Of a DNA stretch of 64,000 nt, positions 13,721-25,945 are shown one piece after another. The notes under the pieces were generated by a model. It saw only the letters and a list, made by a program, of their open reading frames with translations, was not told where the DNA came from and made no database searches. Source of the DNA: Camelus ferus (taxonomy: Eukaryota); the NCBI RefSeq assembly GCF_009834535.1, contig NC_045697.1, positions 3,722,001 through 3,786,000 on the forward strand. Direction: 5' to 3'. Positions within the stretch are counted from its first letter, which is position 1, and each line of letters starts with the position of its first letter. A program made the translations under genes and the position numbers.

Positions 13721-14399
13721 CCTCCAGCCCTAGGACCCTGATGCGTACTCTGCGACCCTGGTTAGCACAGGGCCACAGAACAGGGGCTGCGGCCCGCTCT
13801 GGTCTGAGCAGTTCGCCTGGGAGAAATCACAGAGCGCCCTGCAGATCTTGCCCTTCCCCGGCTGCAGCCACTGGTGTGGCAGACGACAGAACACACACCT
13901 CCACAGAGCCTCTCTGCAGAGGACCCGAAAATCTGTCTCAGAAATGTCCCTGCTTTGCACAGCGTGTGACAAGCCTGCCTTGTCCATCAAAGGCCCTGCT
14001 CAAGCCGCATTTAGGGGAGGCCCACAGAATCTCATGGCCAAAACCAGGAGCAAGTGCAGTCAGCCCTCGTCTCTGGAGGGGCCACTCGGTGCAGTGAGTC
14101 TCGCCCCACCCAGCGGATTCTTCCTGCAGCTCTTGGGCGTGCGGACGGGGTGGATCCTGGGGCCTTGTGCCAGGACATCTGCAGTCTCCCCTTGTCCTCT
14201 GTCGGCTGAGAACAGCATGAGGCCACATCTGGAGACAGACCCTGTGATTCAGCAAAAGCGAATGTTCTGCAGGGTCTTTCTTGTCAGGAGAAAACACAGC
14301 TGAGCCTCTGGGTTTGGCCAATTTTGTGTTCTTTTCCTTCTGTATTCTTCCCCCTTCCTGTTGGTCTGTCTGCTCATCGGTCACTGTCTGAGTCAGCAC

Positions 14400-14750
14400 T
14401 CCCTGTTGGAACGAAATAATGCAAACTAGGGGGTTGAAATAACAGATTTATTTCCTCATGGTTCTGAAGGCCAGAAGTCCGAGATCAAGATGTCAGCAGG
14501 GTCAACTTCCAGTGCGGGCTCTCTTCCTGACTTGCAGACAGCTGCCTTCTCGCTGTGCCCTCACATGGTGAAGAGCGAGAGAGCTTGGTGTCCCTTCTTA
14601 TAAGGACACTAACCCTATAGGCTCAGGGCCCTACCCTCATGGCCTCATTTAACCTTAATCACCTCCTTACAGCCCCTGTCTCCAAAGACAGTCACTTTGG
14701 GGGTTGGGGCTTCAACACATGAATTTGGGGGACACAGTTCAGCCCACAGC
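14400..14750 (-). mobile_element. ERVL-MaLR solo LTR (MLT1A-like)
   Basis: GGCCAGAAGTCCGAGATCAAGATGTCAGCAGG...CTTCTTATAAGGACACTAA...GGCTTCAACACATGAATTTGGGGGACACA. Confidence 0.8.
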
Positions 14751-14912
14751 CATTGTCTTATCCTTCGTGTTTGGCTAATCTGCGGGTCTCCTGGGATGTC
14801 ATCTTTTGCATTCGGTCAAGTGCACAGCAATCTCTGGGGATGGAGACAGAGGTGGGCCCCCCTCCTCCACAGAGGCTCACCCCATGAGAATCCCAAATCC
14901 ACACCTGGGAGG

Positions 14913-15872
14913 TGACAAAGATTCCCTCCTCAACCCAGCTCGAAACAGCCTCCACAACACCCTTTCTCAGGCTGCCACCTTGGCCTGCAAAGACTTGAAC
15001 AAACACCAATGTAGTTTCTAACAGCTCAAGGGCCACCTCCCTAGGAGGACCCCAGTCGCCCTTTAAGAGTCTGCCTGAGAAGCTGAAGGCTCACAAGAAC
15101 TTAGTTTGTCCCAGCTCACACCTGAGGAGGGCCCATGTCCCAACCTCTGTGAGAGGGGAGGGCCTGACTCCAGCACAGTCAGCAAACCCAGGTGGGTGTC
15201 ATGTGTGCCTACACCCCATCCCACTCTGTAATTTGCACCTCCCTGACTTCATCAACCACTCTTCCACTCCCTTACTCTCCCTGTAGGGTGCCCAGTCATC
15301 TCTGCACAAATCCAAGGGGAGCTCAGGACACGCTGGACTCTTCCCTGTTGTGATACTGTTACCTACCAGGTTCTCGGACTCCCTAATCAATAGAAAGAAA
15401 TTGATACGAATCCAGACGAGAAGTTCAGGCAAGGCTTTACTGGGACTCCTGCTGCAAGAGGGAGCAAAAACAAGTGACAGGTGTCCTTGCTCACTCCCAG
15501 AGGAGGGGCGAGCTAGTCCCTTAAGTGGGGTGAGGGTGGGAGTGGGTCCAGGGTCGGGCTGCAGAGGTGGCTTAGGTGGTCTGCCCACCCTGTTGGTGGT
15601 ACTGTGTGCAGGGATTACACACAGGACCCTGCTTTTGCTCCCAAAACCTCAGAAGTGGCAGTTGGGTTTTTGATCTTTTTGTATCTTTTTGTTTATAATT
15701 TGCCCCAATCACACATGCACACAGTTGTTTTTAGTTCCTTACAGTTTCTTTGTGTTCTGTTGCTCTAGGAGACATTTGTCTGCAGCAAGGGTCCCAGGTC
15801 CCAGCCTATCTCAAATAGTTACTACTGATTGAAATCTGTCACAGTAGCTAGTGTCCAGCTTTATCTCTGACA
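14913..15872 (+). mobile_element. Older ERV1 solo LTR (MER31/MER39-like) interrupted by a younger LTR
   Basis: Starts TGACAAAGATTCCCTCC and ends TTATCTCTGACA; the sequence resumes after the 15357-15813 insert. Confidence 0.55.
15357..15813 (-). mobile_element. Younger ERV solo LTR (457 bp), family not assigned
   Basis: TG...CA termini (minus strand TGAGATAGGCTGGGACCTGGG ... GGTAACA); minus-strand AGTAAA poly(A)-like signal near its 3' end. Confidence 0.65.
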
Positions 15873-17100
15873 CTGGCCACCCACCCAGCGCACATGGGGT
15901 CTCCATAGTTAAGCCAAATTTTCATGCCAAATCGCAGATCAGAGCCTGAAGAATCATTCACTCCCTTGTCCCTTTAACAAACTGTGCATCTTACTGTGTG
16001 CTGTCTTTCACAGTGAACATACTTGAACTGTTTACACAGGCAGCCTAGGGTTGTGGGTGCTGTGGGAGGGGGCCAGCCACAGGGGGCCAGGGTCCCGGTG
16101 GGCACAGAATGCCAGACTGAGCATGACAGGAGGCAGTGGAACGTGCTGCTCGGAAGTCCCTGTGCACAGGCACCGCTCCCGCCACACCAACCAGGCCTGC
16201 GCCCGACACGCCGGCTGACTAACAAAGTTCACCCCCCACTGGAGAAGCCACCCTCCTCACCCTAGGAAGGATCTTGACTGGCTCCTGAGAGGTCCAGAAT
16301 GCCTCTCAGAGCAGCAGCACACATCTGTGAGCAGACTGTGGCCCTGCACACATGAGCCTCTGCAGCAGGGATACACCATGTCTGCTGCTGTGCCCCAGGT
16401 TGAGAGCCCAGCCCCAGGCCTGGGCAGAGGGCTCAGGCTCCGGCTGGCCAAGGGCGCTGGGAGCTTCTGAATCCTGCACAGCCCCGCCTGGGCTCCGGGC
16501 ACGGTGATTCTTATCTCCCACACTCAGATGAGAATAATCAATCTCCATTTGGGGTAGGAAAGGGGGATAAGCATTGCTACCCACACAAGAGAAGTAAAAA
16601 GACTGCTCTGAGAGCCAGAGATGATTAATAGCTGGGATTTTGATTTATGAAGGGAGATTAGAAAAGCGCAGTCGAAACAGCTAGAGGGGGTAACGTTCCC
16701 CAGAGCAGGGGAATGTTAGTGCTGAGAAATTCCATTTCAGGGCTGATCTGTGGGGTGAAAGCAGGAAAAAAGCTGCCAAATGATCGTGTGCTTTGAAAGT
16801 AGGGAACAACCTGCCAATATCGAGAGGGGTTTCCTGCCGGGTGGTGGAGAATCACGCCACAGGCAGCAGGGACCAGCAACTACGCTCTGGACGTGCAGTT
16901 GCATGAGGACCACCCACGCATCTCGCTGGTGTGGAAGCCAGGCCCTCAGTGTCCCAAAGTAACACATCCAGGGGGAACTGTAGGACATACATCCCAACAG
17001 AGGTGACATGCGGTTCTCTGACCTGGTCCTCAAAGGGGCCTGTAGCCATCAGGGTTCTCCGGACACAAAACCAACAGAGAGAGAGAGAGAGAGCGGCAAG

Positions 17101-17102
<2 letters not shown>

Positions 17103-17190
<88 letters not shown>
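17103..17190. repeat. Perfect (GT)44 microsatellite, preceded by a short (AG)n
   Basis: Counted directly: 88 uninterrupted nt. Confidence 0.98.
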
Positions 17191-17196
<6 letters not shown>

Positions 17197-17294
17197 CTGC
17201 CTGCAGAGAGACAGAGAGAAAAACAGAGGTTTATTTTAAGCAACTGGCTCATGCGATTGTGAGGGCTGGCAAATCCAAAATCTGCAGGGCAGGC

Positions 17295-17734
17295 AGCAAC
17301 ATGGAGAGACATGGAGGTCGTCATCCTAGGTGACGTCAGCCAGAAAGAGAGAGAAAAGGACCATACGAGATCACTCATATGTGGAACCTAAGAAAAGGAC
17401 ACAAATGAACTTATTTACAAAACAGAGACAGACTCACAAACATAGAAAACAAATTTATGATTACCAGAGGGGAAATGGTGTGGGGAGGGATAAGTTGGGA
17501 GTTCAGGATTTGCAGATACACATTACCATATATAAAATAAACACCAAGGTCCTACTGTACAGCACAGGGAACTATATTCATTACCTTGCAATAGCCTATA
17601 ATGAAAAAAAATATGAAAAGGAATATATATACATGTGTACAACCAAATCTCTATGCTATACACCAGAAATTAACACAGCATTGCAAATCAACTATACTTC
17701 AATTAAACACACATGCGCGCACGCACACACACAC
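17295..17734 (+). mobile_element. 5'-truncated L1 3' end (artiodactyl L1_Art-type)
   Basis: AAATGAACTTATTTACAAAACAGA..CAGACTCACA..., GGTCCTACTGTACAGCACAGGGAACTATATTCA, AATCAACTATACTTCAAT; 16-bp TSD. Confidence 0.9.
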
Positions 17735-19439
17735 AATCTGCAGGGCAAGCTGGAGACCCAGGGAAAACCTGACACTGCGGCTGAGTTTGAAGGTTGTCTG
17801 CTGGCAGAGCTCCCTCTTCCTCAAGGACCTCAGTCTTTTTCCTCTAAAGCCTCCAACTGATTAGGCGAGGCCCACCCACAGTACAGAGGGTCATCTGCTT
17901 TTCTCCAAGTCTATATGATTTAAATGTTACTCTCATCTGAAAAATATCTTCACGGTGACACCTAGACTTGTGTTTGACCAAATATCTGGGGGCCGCAGCC
18001 CAGGCAGATTAACACAGCAAGCAGACCCTGGCGCCAACAAGGAGTGGCCAATCCAGGAGAATCAGGGCTCCAAGGTGGGGGGCCCCGGCTCTGCACCCAC
18101 CAGGCATGTGAATCCTACTTGGGCAAATCACTGAACTTCTCTGGGCCTCAGTGCCCTCATCTGTAAATGGGGACAATCACAATGCTTACCAACAGGGAAG
18201 TCACGTGGCTCAAATGAGGCTGACAAGCACAAAGCACTTAGAGCTCACCAGGCTGGAAGTGAGCTACCCCTCACTGCTCCGTCACCAGGCTGCCCTGCAG
18301 CACAGCTTTCCTGTTCTTAAATTAGACCTAAACTATTACACTTCCGGAAATAAAAAGCAGTAACTCTCACCAGCTGGGGACGTCCCTGATAACATTCTGG
18401 TCTATTCCTCCTGGATGCTTTACATTTATTTTTCCCCCCACACACGTATCATATGGCATGAATAATTTTGCTTTTTGTTTTTCACTTAAAATGTAACCAT
18501 AAGCGTTCTCCTACATTATTAAATTTTCTCATCACCACCATTTTTATTAAAACGATATAAAATCTTCTAGCACATAAATATATAATAACTTATTTATTTT
18601 CCTCTCTTGTTTCCAAATGTTTACTACTGTAAATGATTCTGATAAACATCTTCTCACCTATTTATTTATTTGTCCAAATTCTTTTTCCTCCCTTAATTCC
18701 CCAGATTGAATTCCTAAACCAAGTAAGAAGGCCCTTGAGAAACAGTGACAAATCACTTCCCAAAATCTTATTTTAATTCAGCTGCCTAAAAGCTGGGTCA
18801 TGGCCTCCTCCACGGCCGCTCAGGACCCCGCAATGTGCGTTTCAGGGGCTACTCTCAGGCCTGGTCTTAATCTCGTCTCTTTAATTCCCCTTCACTCTAA
18901 CTCCCACAAAGTTATAGTTGTGAAAACTTTCAGTCATGGGCAGAGCAAGGTGGCACATACCTGGTACTTGAATTTCTTTTTCTTACAGTTTAAGGAAGTT
19001 CTTATAGTTCTGGAATTCTTATAGTTTCTAAAGCTCTTAAATTCTTACAGTTTCTCATCACTCCTTCTATCACTGCTTGAGATCTTTTTATTATAAGAAA
19101 TGAAACACGGCAGACACAGGCCTCCCTCAGACCCTCCCCAGGGCCTGCCCGCCTTCCTCTCCCAGGGCAACAGTGCGGCGAAACTGGGACACACACATCC
19201 AGCGCTTCCACTTTCACTGCGTGAAAATTTCTCCACAGAGAAATTAGGTAATTGTTTGGTGTTTTTGAAATGTATGCAAAGCATAACTGTATAACTTGCT
19301 CCTTCCCGAATGCTGCTCTGAACCAAACTAAAACGCAAAATAAACAAACACCTTCTCTGAGGCCTCTTAAGGGCCCTGACAGGACCTGTGTTACCTGTAC
19401 TAATAACATCATGTCCCACTACTTTCTCTCTTAAAGAAA

Positions 19440-21020
19440 ACAAAGTTTATCATGGGTCCAGGGAAACACATACAGATGTTTTTAATTCCTGGACTCACGT
19501 GGTATTGAAAATGGTACATATCAAAACTTGTAGAATACAGCCAAAGTTGTTAGAGAGAAATGTGTAGCCTTAACAGTTTACATTGGAAAAGAACAGCTAA
19601 AAGCTAATGAGCTGTAAGCATCTAACTTAAGACATAAAAATAACAACTGAATAAACTCTCATAAAAAGTAGAAAGCAGATAAATAAATGAAACAGAGAAC
19701 AAAGAAAAACAGAAATAATCAACAAAGCCAACGTTCGTTTTTTGGGAAGACAAATGAAATACGTACACTAATCTCTGGCAAGAGTGATCAAGAAAAAAGA
19801 GAATACATACATAACCAGTGTTTGGAATTAAATGGACGTGAATATAGGTATGCCAGAGATTAAAATACTAATGGAATAATAGAAGAGTCTTAATGATAAT
19901 ACCTTTTAAATTTAAAATAGACAAATTCCCCACAAGAACTATGACAACTGAACTTGCTGAGGATGAAATTAACGATTTGAAGAGCCCCACAATTTAAAAT
20001 AAGATCTATGAATCCACAGTTTCTCATAAAGACGACCCCAGGCTTGAATGGTACCAAACTTTCAAGAAATGAAATCTTATGCAAACTGTCCCATTCTGTG
20101 AGGCTGCTGTAACACTAATGCCAAACCCGAAGACAAACTGCATGAGGAAGAAAAACTTAGCTTGTCTCACTCGTGAACACAGATGGAAAAATCCCAACCA
20201 AAATATCAGCAAGCAGAATCCAGCCTCATACACAAAGGAAATGTCAAAGTAAAATGTAAATGCACCATGACCAGGAAGGGTTTATCCTGGGAACGCAGAG
20301 ACGCTGCGACATTCAAACTTCTTGTGGTTCACCATATGATCAGATTAAAGGAAACATTTATCATCTCAATAATGCATAAAAAGATTTCGATAAAACTCCA
20401 CAACCACGATGTTAAAACACAACAAAAAACTTTAAGTAAATGAGAAGTGGAAAGACATTTCCTTAGGTTGAAAAGTCCATCTACCAAAAACCTAAAACAA
20501 ACGTAACCTTTCCTGGGTGAAAACTTCAGACGCACTCCCTCTACTCAGGGTCAAAACGGCTGTTCTCAGCGCTTCCGTTTAACGCTGCCCTAGAGACCCC
20601 AGCTTGCAGGGCAAGGGAGGCAAGGCAAGGAAAGCGTAAGAGAGTAATAAACACTCTCATTATTCACACAGAAACATCTACACAGAAAACACAAAAGAGA
20701 CCTACCATCAAATTATTAGAAGTACTAAAAGAATCCAGAAAGCTCTTTTTGTGTGTGGGGGTGGGGGTAATTTATTTTATTTATTTATTTTTAGAGGCGG
20801 TATCAGGGATCAAACCCAAGACCTGGTGCTTGCTGAGCACGCGCTCTACCACTGAGCTGTAACCTCCCCCACAGAAAGCTTTCTTGACCTAAGCACTATA
20901 CAGAAAAATCAATTACATTTCTATACACCAGCAATAAATAGAAAATGTAATTTTAAAAAAGTATCAGGCAGAATATCAACAAAAAATATTAACCACCTAG
21001 CAGTAAATCTAATAACTATG
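19440..21020 (+). mobile_element. Degraded ancient L1 ORF2 remnant
   Basis: A-rich plus strand with recognisable L1 ORF2 text (ACACTAATGCCAAACCC.AAGAC, AATCCAGC..CATA.A.AAAG, ATCATCTCAATAATGCA.AAAAG); many stops. Confidence 0.8.
20748..20870 (-). mobile_element. tRNA-Ala-derived SINE (camelid Vic-1-like)
   Basis: Reverse complement reads GGGGGAGGTTACAGCTCAGTGGTAGAGCGCGTGCTCAGCAAGCACCAGGTCTTGGGTTTGATCC with an (AAAT)n tail; flanked by CAGAAAGCT direct repeats. Confidence 0.85.
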
Positions 21021-22569
21021 TGCCAGATTTTTATGGAGAAATACTTTGGAGATATAATACATACACAGTTAAATCTACGCTTTTTAGTGTACGGTTCTGA
21101 GTCTTCACAAATGCATCAGCCATGTAACCACCAGCACAATCATGATGGAGAGCATTTCCATCACTGCAAAAAGTTCCCTTGTGCCCCTAGCTGTCTTCCT
21201 TGGCCCAGTGTCCCGTGCACCCAGTGGAATGCATACGGTACTAAGGACAACTCCGTCCTATACTTAGGGGCTGAGTGAGGGCAGAGGCAGAGGTAGCAGA
21301 AAATAGGACAGACAGAAGACATTCCATTACTGTGACCCTGCTGGATAAAAACTGATGAGTTCTTAGCCGCAAAGCAGTTGGACGTTTCCCCACACCCATG
21401 GGTTTCTCCCACCTCCAGCTCTGAAGCCCAGGGAGGTTAAGTCATGTGCCCAGAATCACACAGCATCAGGGTGGCAGAAGTCCCAAACTCACTGCCCCTC
21501 CACGTCCACAGACCCTCACTGTGCCCTTCCATAATCACCTCCCTCCCCACTGCGAACTCTTCCTCCTGGGCTCTTTCCTTCAGCCCAGAAGCCCGAAGTG
21601 TGCAGAGGATAATAAGGAAAGGCAAGTGAAAAAACTCATATGAGCACTTAAGAGGTGAAGCAAGGCCTCTGATGACAAACCTAAACTCTGTCAGATGGAA
21701 TGAAGGAGGGTAGCGAATTCGTGGTGGCTGGAGTGAGCTGAGATGAAACTCACAGAAAGAGATGCCAGGGTGGGACATCACAGGCTTGGCTGCCTCTTGG
21801 CCTCAGTGCCAAGCTCTGCCACCAAAGTATTTACGTCCCAATCAAAAGGGCTACCTGGCTCCGTGGCCACCCCACCTGGAGACCAGATGGTCCTCAGAGG
21901 AACAGAGGGCTCCATGCCCAGTGCTCCTCCTGGCCTCAGCACCAGGCCATTGGCAGCTGGGCCTGCCTGTCCCAAGAACAGCAAGAGCCAAGCCTATTCA
22001 GGCTGTGTCCCCAGCGGTCACTGCAGCAGCCACAGGGCACGTCTGCAGGGTGAGCGGGTGGCTGGTGGAGACGGGGCACCCCAGGCCTCCCCACACAGAG
22101 CATTCCACTCTCACCTCCAGGAAGGCGGCCCCTCCGCAAGTCAGCCAGTCGGGCTCCCACCTGGGTTCAGACTCCTCAGTGTACCCTGGGGATCCCAGAG
22201 CACTGCATGGTGATGGCCAGATTAGACCCTGAACACCTCCGAGGCAGGAGGTGGCTCGGCCCCAGTCCTGTCTTCCCGCCTGCTCACTGTGTGACCTTCA
22301 GCCAGTCACTTCATGGCCCCCGTGCCTGTTTCTCACTTACAAAATGCAGTTAATGACAGCGCCTAACTCATATGTGGTTTACTTGAGGACATTAAATAAA
22401 TGGATACAAACAGACTGTTTTTGGCAGTTATCATCTGTGTCCCCAGTGCCCAGGTGTCAAAGACAACTGCTGACTGACTGACAGACTGACTGGATAAAGT
22501 CACTCTGCCCTCCCCCACCGCCATCAGCTCGCCATGGCCTCTTTCTTATAATAACGCTGCAGCTGCCAA

Positions 22570-22800
22570 GCAGTGCTGTGGAGGCTAGAGAGTATAGACT
22601 TTGGAGCCAGGCTGCCAGATTCAAATCCCATCCCTGCCAAATCCTTGCTGTGTGACATCAGGTGGCCCCTCGACCTGTCTGTTTCTGCACTGTAAAAGGG
22701 GGTGGTCGTGCTTTTGCCCTCCCTGTAGAATGGTTGGAGGATGGAACAGAGGATGTTTAAGAGGTGCATACTGAGCCCTCAAGAAGTCACTGTCATTACC
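22570..22800 (+). mobile_element. MIR SINE
   Basis: AGACTTTGGAGCCAG...TTCAAATCCCA...TGTGTGAC...CTGTAAAA. Other MIR fragments are visible at ~190-310, 18100-18250, 23630-23770, 26310-26460, 29850-29960, 41690-41850, 53510-53640 and 56260-56450. Confidence 0.7.
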
Positions 22801-24744
22801 ACCATTAATAGAAATAGCATTCCTTGCCCCTCTGCCCTCCTTCCTCCCTGGAAAGGCTGGGAAAGGGAGGCGGGAAGCCGAGGACAGGAGAGTGATGAGG
22901 CTGTGACCAGCCCATCAGAAGGGGCTGATAAATGAAGCTGAATCCAGAAAGGATTTAGTAAGCCCCTCAAGTCGGCCATAAATAAAGCACAGGAGCCCAG
23001 GAGGGGGCCATGGCAGAGACGGATGCAGAGACAGCCGGCCAGCCATCGCTCCAGCGGCAGCCACCAGCAACCCAGCTGGAGCCTCCAGCCTTGGGGGGCG
23101 GGGGTGCCAGTGGCCTTCGAGGAGGCTCAGAAATACCCCCTCAGTGGGTGCCCCCTGAAGATGGGGGGCCGGGCCAATCCAGGCTGGTGGGGACAAGTAG
23201 ACTCAGCAAACAGTCAAGGGGCCTGTAACCCCCAAACATCCCCCAAGTCCCAGTTCGGGGCCAGGCTCTGTGCACAGAGACAGTAGAGATAAATACGGCC
23301 CAGCTGTGTCCCCAGGGAGCCCGCGGTCTGTGAGACACAGACACGAAGAGCTCTGGCCAGTGGGTGAGAGCCAAGTCCTGGGCAGCTGACACCAGGGCCA
23401 GGACGCTCCCTGGAGGGAGCACTCCTGACACCTCAGGCAGACCAGGAGAAGGCAGGGATTCTGGGCGAAGGAACAGGTGCTGAGTGCAGGGCAGGGCAGA
23501 GGCCGGGGTCCAGGGCCCGGCCCAGCGTGTGAGGAGGCAGGCGGAGGAGGAGGAGGCTGGAGAGTCAGACAGGCCCAGGTCACACCAGCACTGCCCTAGT
23601 GCCTCACACAGTCACTCACCTGTTCCTACATCACCCTGCGGGGTACGAACTTTTATCCCATGTTCAGATGAGGAAACTAAGACACAAAGAGGCTAGAAAA
23701 CTTTCCCGAGGCCATTTGGCTAATACATTAGTTGAGCCAGGATTTGACCCCCAAGCCGGTACCTTAATGCCTCTGGGGCAATAGGCAGCCACGGAAGGTT
23801 ACTGAGGGAGGGAGGGACCTGGTTCCCTGCATGGGGCTGGGTGGGGGAGAAACGGAGGATGAGGCTGGAGGAGGAGGCCTGGGCATAACCCCATCCACAG
23901 CTGTGAGAAGCAGCACTGGGACAGCAGATCAGGGCCACACTCAGGGTTCACAGCAATGGCAGCAGACTTGCTGACCCTGAGCCGGGGGGCGGGGTCTCAG
24001 AGCCTCTTCTAACTGGTGTTGCCCATACCTTCATCACAGGCAAAGGGCAGGTGGCCTACAGGTCCCACTGTACTTTCCAGCTCTGCTGTCCGGCCTGGCA
24101 GGTGCCCACATCCCCCCTTCTCCCCAGAGCCCATATCCCAGGTCCAAGGCCAGGCCTTCTGGCTGCTCTGAAACTGATGATGTGACCTGGGGAACCCCAT
24201 TTCCAGAAGTCCCCACTTCACCTTTGCTGGGTGGTGACTGGCCCTAGTCTTTGCTGTTCTGTTTTGTTGTTTACCTGCAGCTGAAATATCCAGAGAGAGA
24301 TGCCGTCTCCCTCCACGGGGCTGCGGCGGAGGGGGAGGGACAGGTGAGCCTCGTCCTGGTGCTCAAAGCGAAGCCTGCAGCAGCCCCTCCCTGCCTGGCA
24401 GAGACACAGCTGGGTCTGCGAGAATAACAAAATATGAAATTCAGATTAATTTTCTGTTTAGTCAGGATTTGAATTTCAGATCAGGCCCAGAGTTGATTCA
24501 GATTGACTGCAGCCTGTCTCCCTGAGCCTGTCAATCAGTGTGCAGTCCCCACACGGCCCGCCAGCCTCTTCTGCATCCAAGCCAGTGAGTGCTTCCCCTG
24601 AGGAAGCTGGCACATCCAGGGCTTTGTGCCAAGACAGGCAGGTTGACACACCCCAGGCCCTGCTTCCAAGGCCAGGGTCCAAAACCCTACCCAGCCTTCC
24701 ACACCAGGCTGCCCCTCAAAAATCTCCAGTTGATGTGGGATTTT

Positions 24745-25265
24745 TTCCAGCTTTATTGAGGTGCAATTGACAAGTCTGTAAGCTATTTAAAGTGCATGTC
24801 ATGGGGATTTGATGTACGGACACATTGTGAAAGATTCCTCCCACCTAGTTAACACATCCATCACCTCACACATTCATCTTTTTTCTTTTTTTTTGGTGAG
24901 AACATTTAAGTCCTACTCTCTTAGCAAAGCTCAATTACACAGCACGGTGTTACCAACTACAGTACCATGTTCCATGTTAGATCCTCACCCCTTATTCATG
25001 TCATAGCTGAACGGTACACTTTCACTAGCCTCTCCCTAGGTGGTCCCCCATGGCCCCACCTCCACTCCCGACCGCCCTTGGCAACCACTTTTCTACTGTT
25101 TCTATGAATTTGATTTTTTTTTAATACTCGGCACATAAGTGACACACACAAACCATTTGTATTTCTGTCTGACTTATTTCACTTAGCATGATGCCCTCAA
25201 GGTCCATCCACGTTGTCAAAAATGGCAGGATGTCCTTCTTTCTCATAGCTTAGTGATATTTTGGT
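24745..25265 (-). mobile_element. L1 3' end (L1MA-like)
   Basis: CAGCTTTATTGAGGT..AATTGACA...GTGAGAACATTTAAG...TGACTTATTTCACTTAGCATGATGCCCTCAAGGTCCATCCA. Confidence 0.85.
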
Positions 25266-25727
25266 GTATTTTTTCCCATTAATTTTGTTGCACTTTGCCG
25301 TTGGCTATCACTGATCCCCGCAAGAGCCCCCCGGAGCCACCGTCAGTCTGCAGGAGGGCTAAGAGTAGTTGCACCCACCGGCCCCTCCAGGCCTGGTACC
25401 GGCCGGCTGAAGGCCGTCCCTGCACTGGGACACCAAAGACTCTGTGACCTGATGGTGGCCCTGTTCCTGGTACCTCCTATCACACACTCAGCTTTGCCAG
25501 GTACTCGACTCTCCTGAGCCTCATCTCCTCACCTGAGAAATGGGACGACGCCACCTGCTGCAGGGACCTGGCCGTGCCTGCAGGTGATCTGCTCAGTGAC
25601 ACCCAGGACGTATTTATTCAGGCTCCCACATCCCAGGCCCCATCCTAGGCGGGTAGGGGGTCGGGATGGGCACCAGAGTGAACAAAACGGACCAAATTCC
25701 TTGCCCTCAGGCAGCCGATGTTCCAGG

Positions 25728-25945
25728 CAGTGGTTCTCAATGGGGGGCAGTTTTGTCCGCTAGATGACACCTGGCAACACTAGATGTGTCTGGCTTTCAC
25801 AAACCCAGAGGGGGTGCTTCTTCTGGCCCCTAGGGAGCGGAGGACATGGATGCTGCTAAACAGCACTCAAGGCGAGGAATGGGCTCCCCACGGAGAATCA
25901 TCCAGCCCCACATACCAAGAGTACCAAGGTTGAAGAGCACGGTTT
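25728..25945 (+). mobile_element. hAT-Charlie MITE (MER20-like) inside an L2 remnant
   Basis: CAGTGGTTCTCAA.GGGGGCAGTTTTG...GGATGCTGCTAAACA...AAGGTTGAAGA. Confidence 0.75.

Larger units (their letters stand above)
17040..18015 (-). mobile_element. ERVL LTR (MLT2-like) carrying a microsatellite and split by an L1 insertion
   Basis: CAGGGTTCTCC...AACTGGCTCATGCGATTGTG..GGCTGGCAAATCCAAAATCTGCAGGGCAGG / ...CAACTGATTAGG.GAGGCCCACCCACA...GTGTTTGACCAAATATCTGG. Confidence 0.8.

Noticed and set aside
17330..17860. 176-aa ORF
   Set aside because: Translation of L1 3'UTR and MLT2 sequence.
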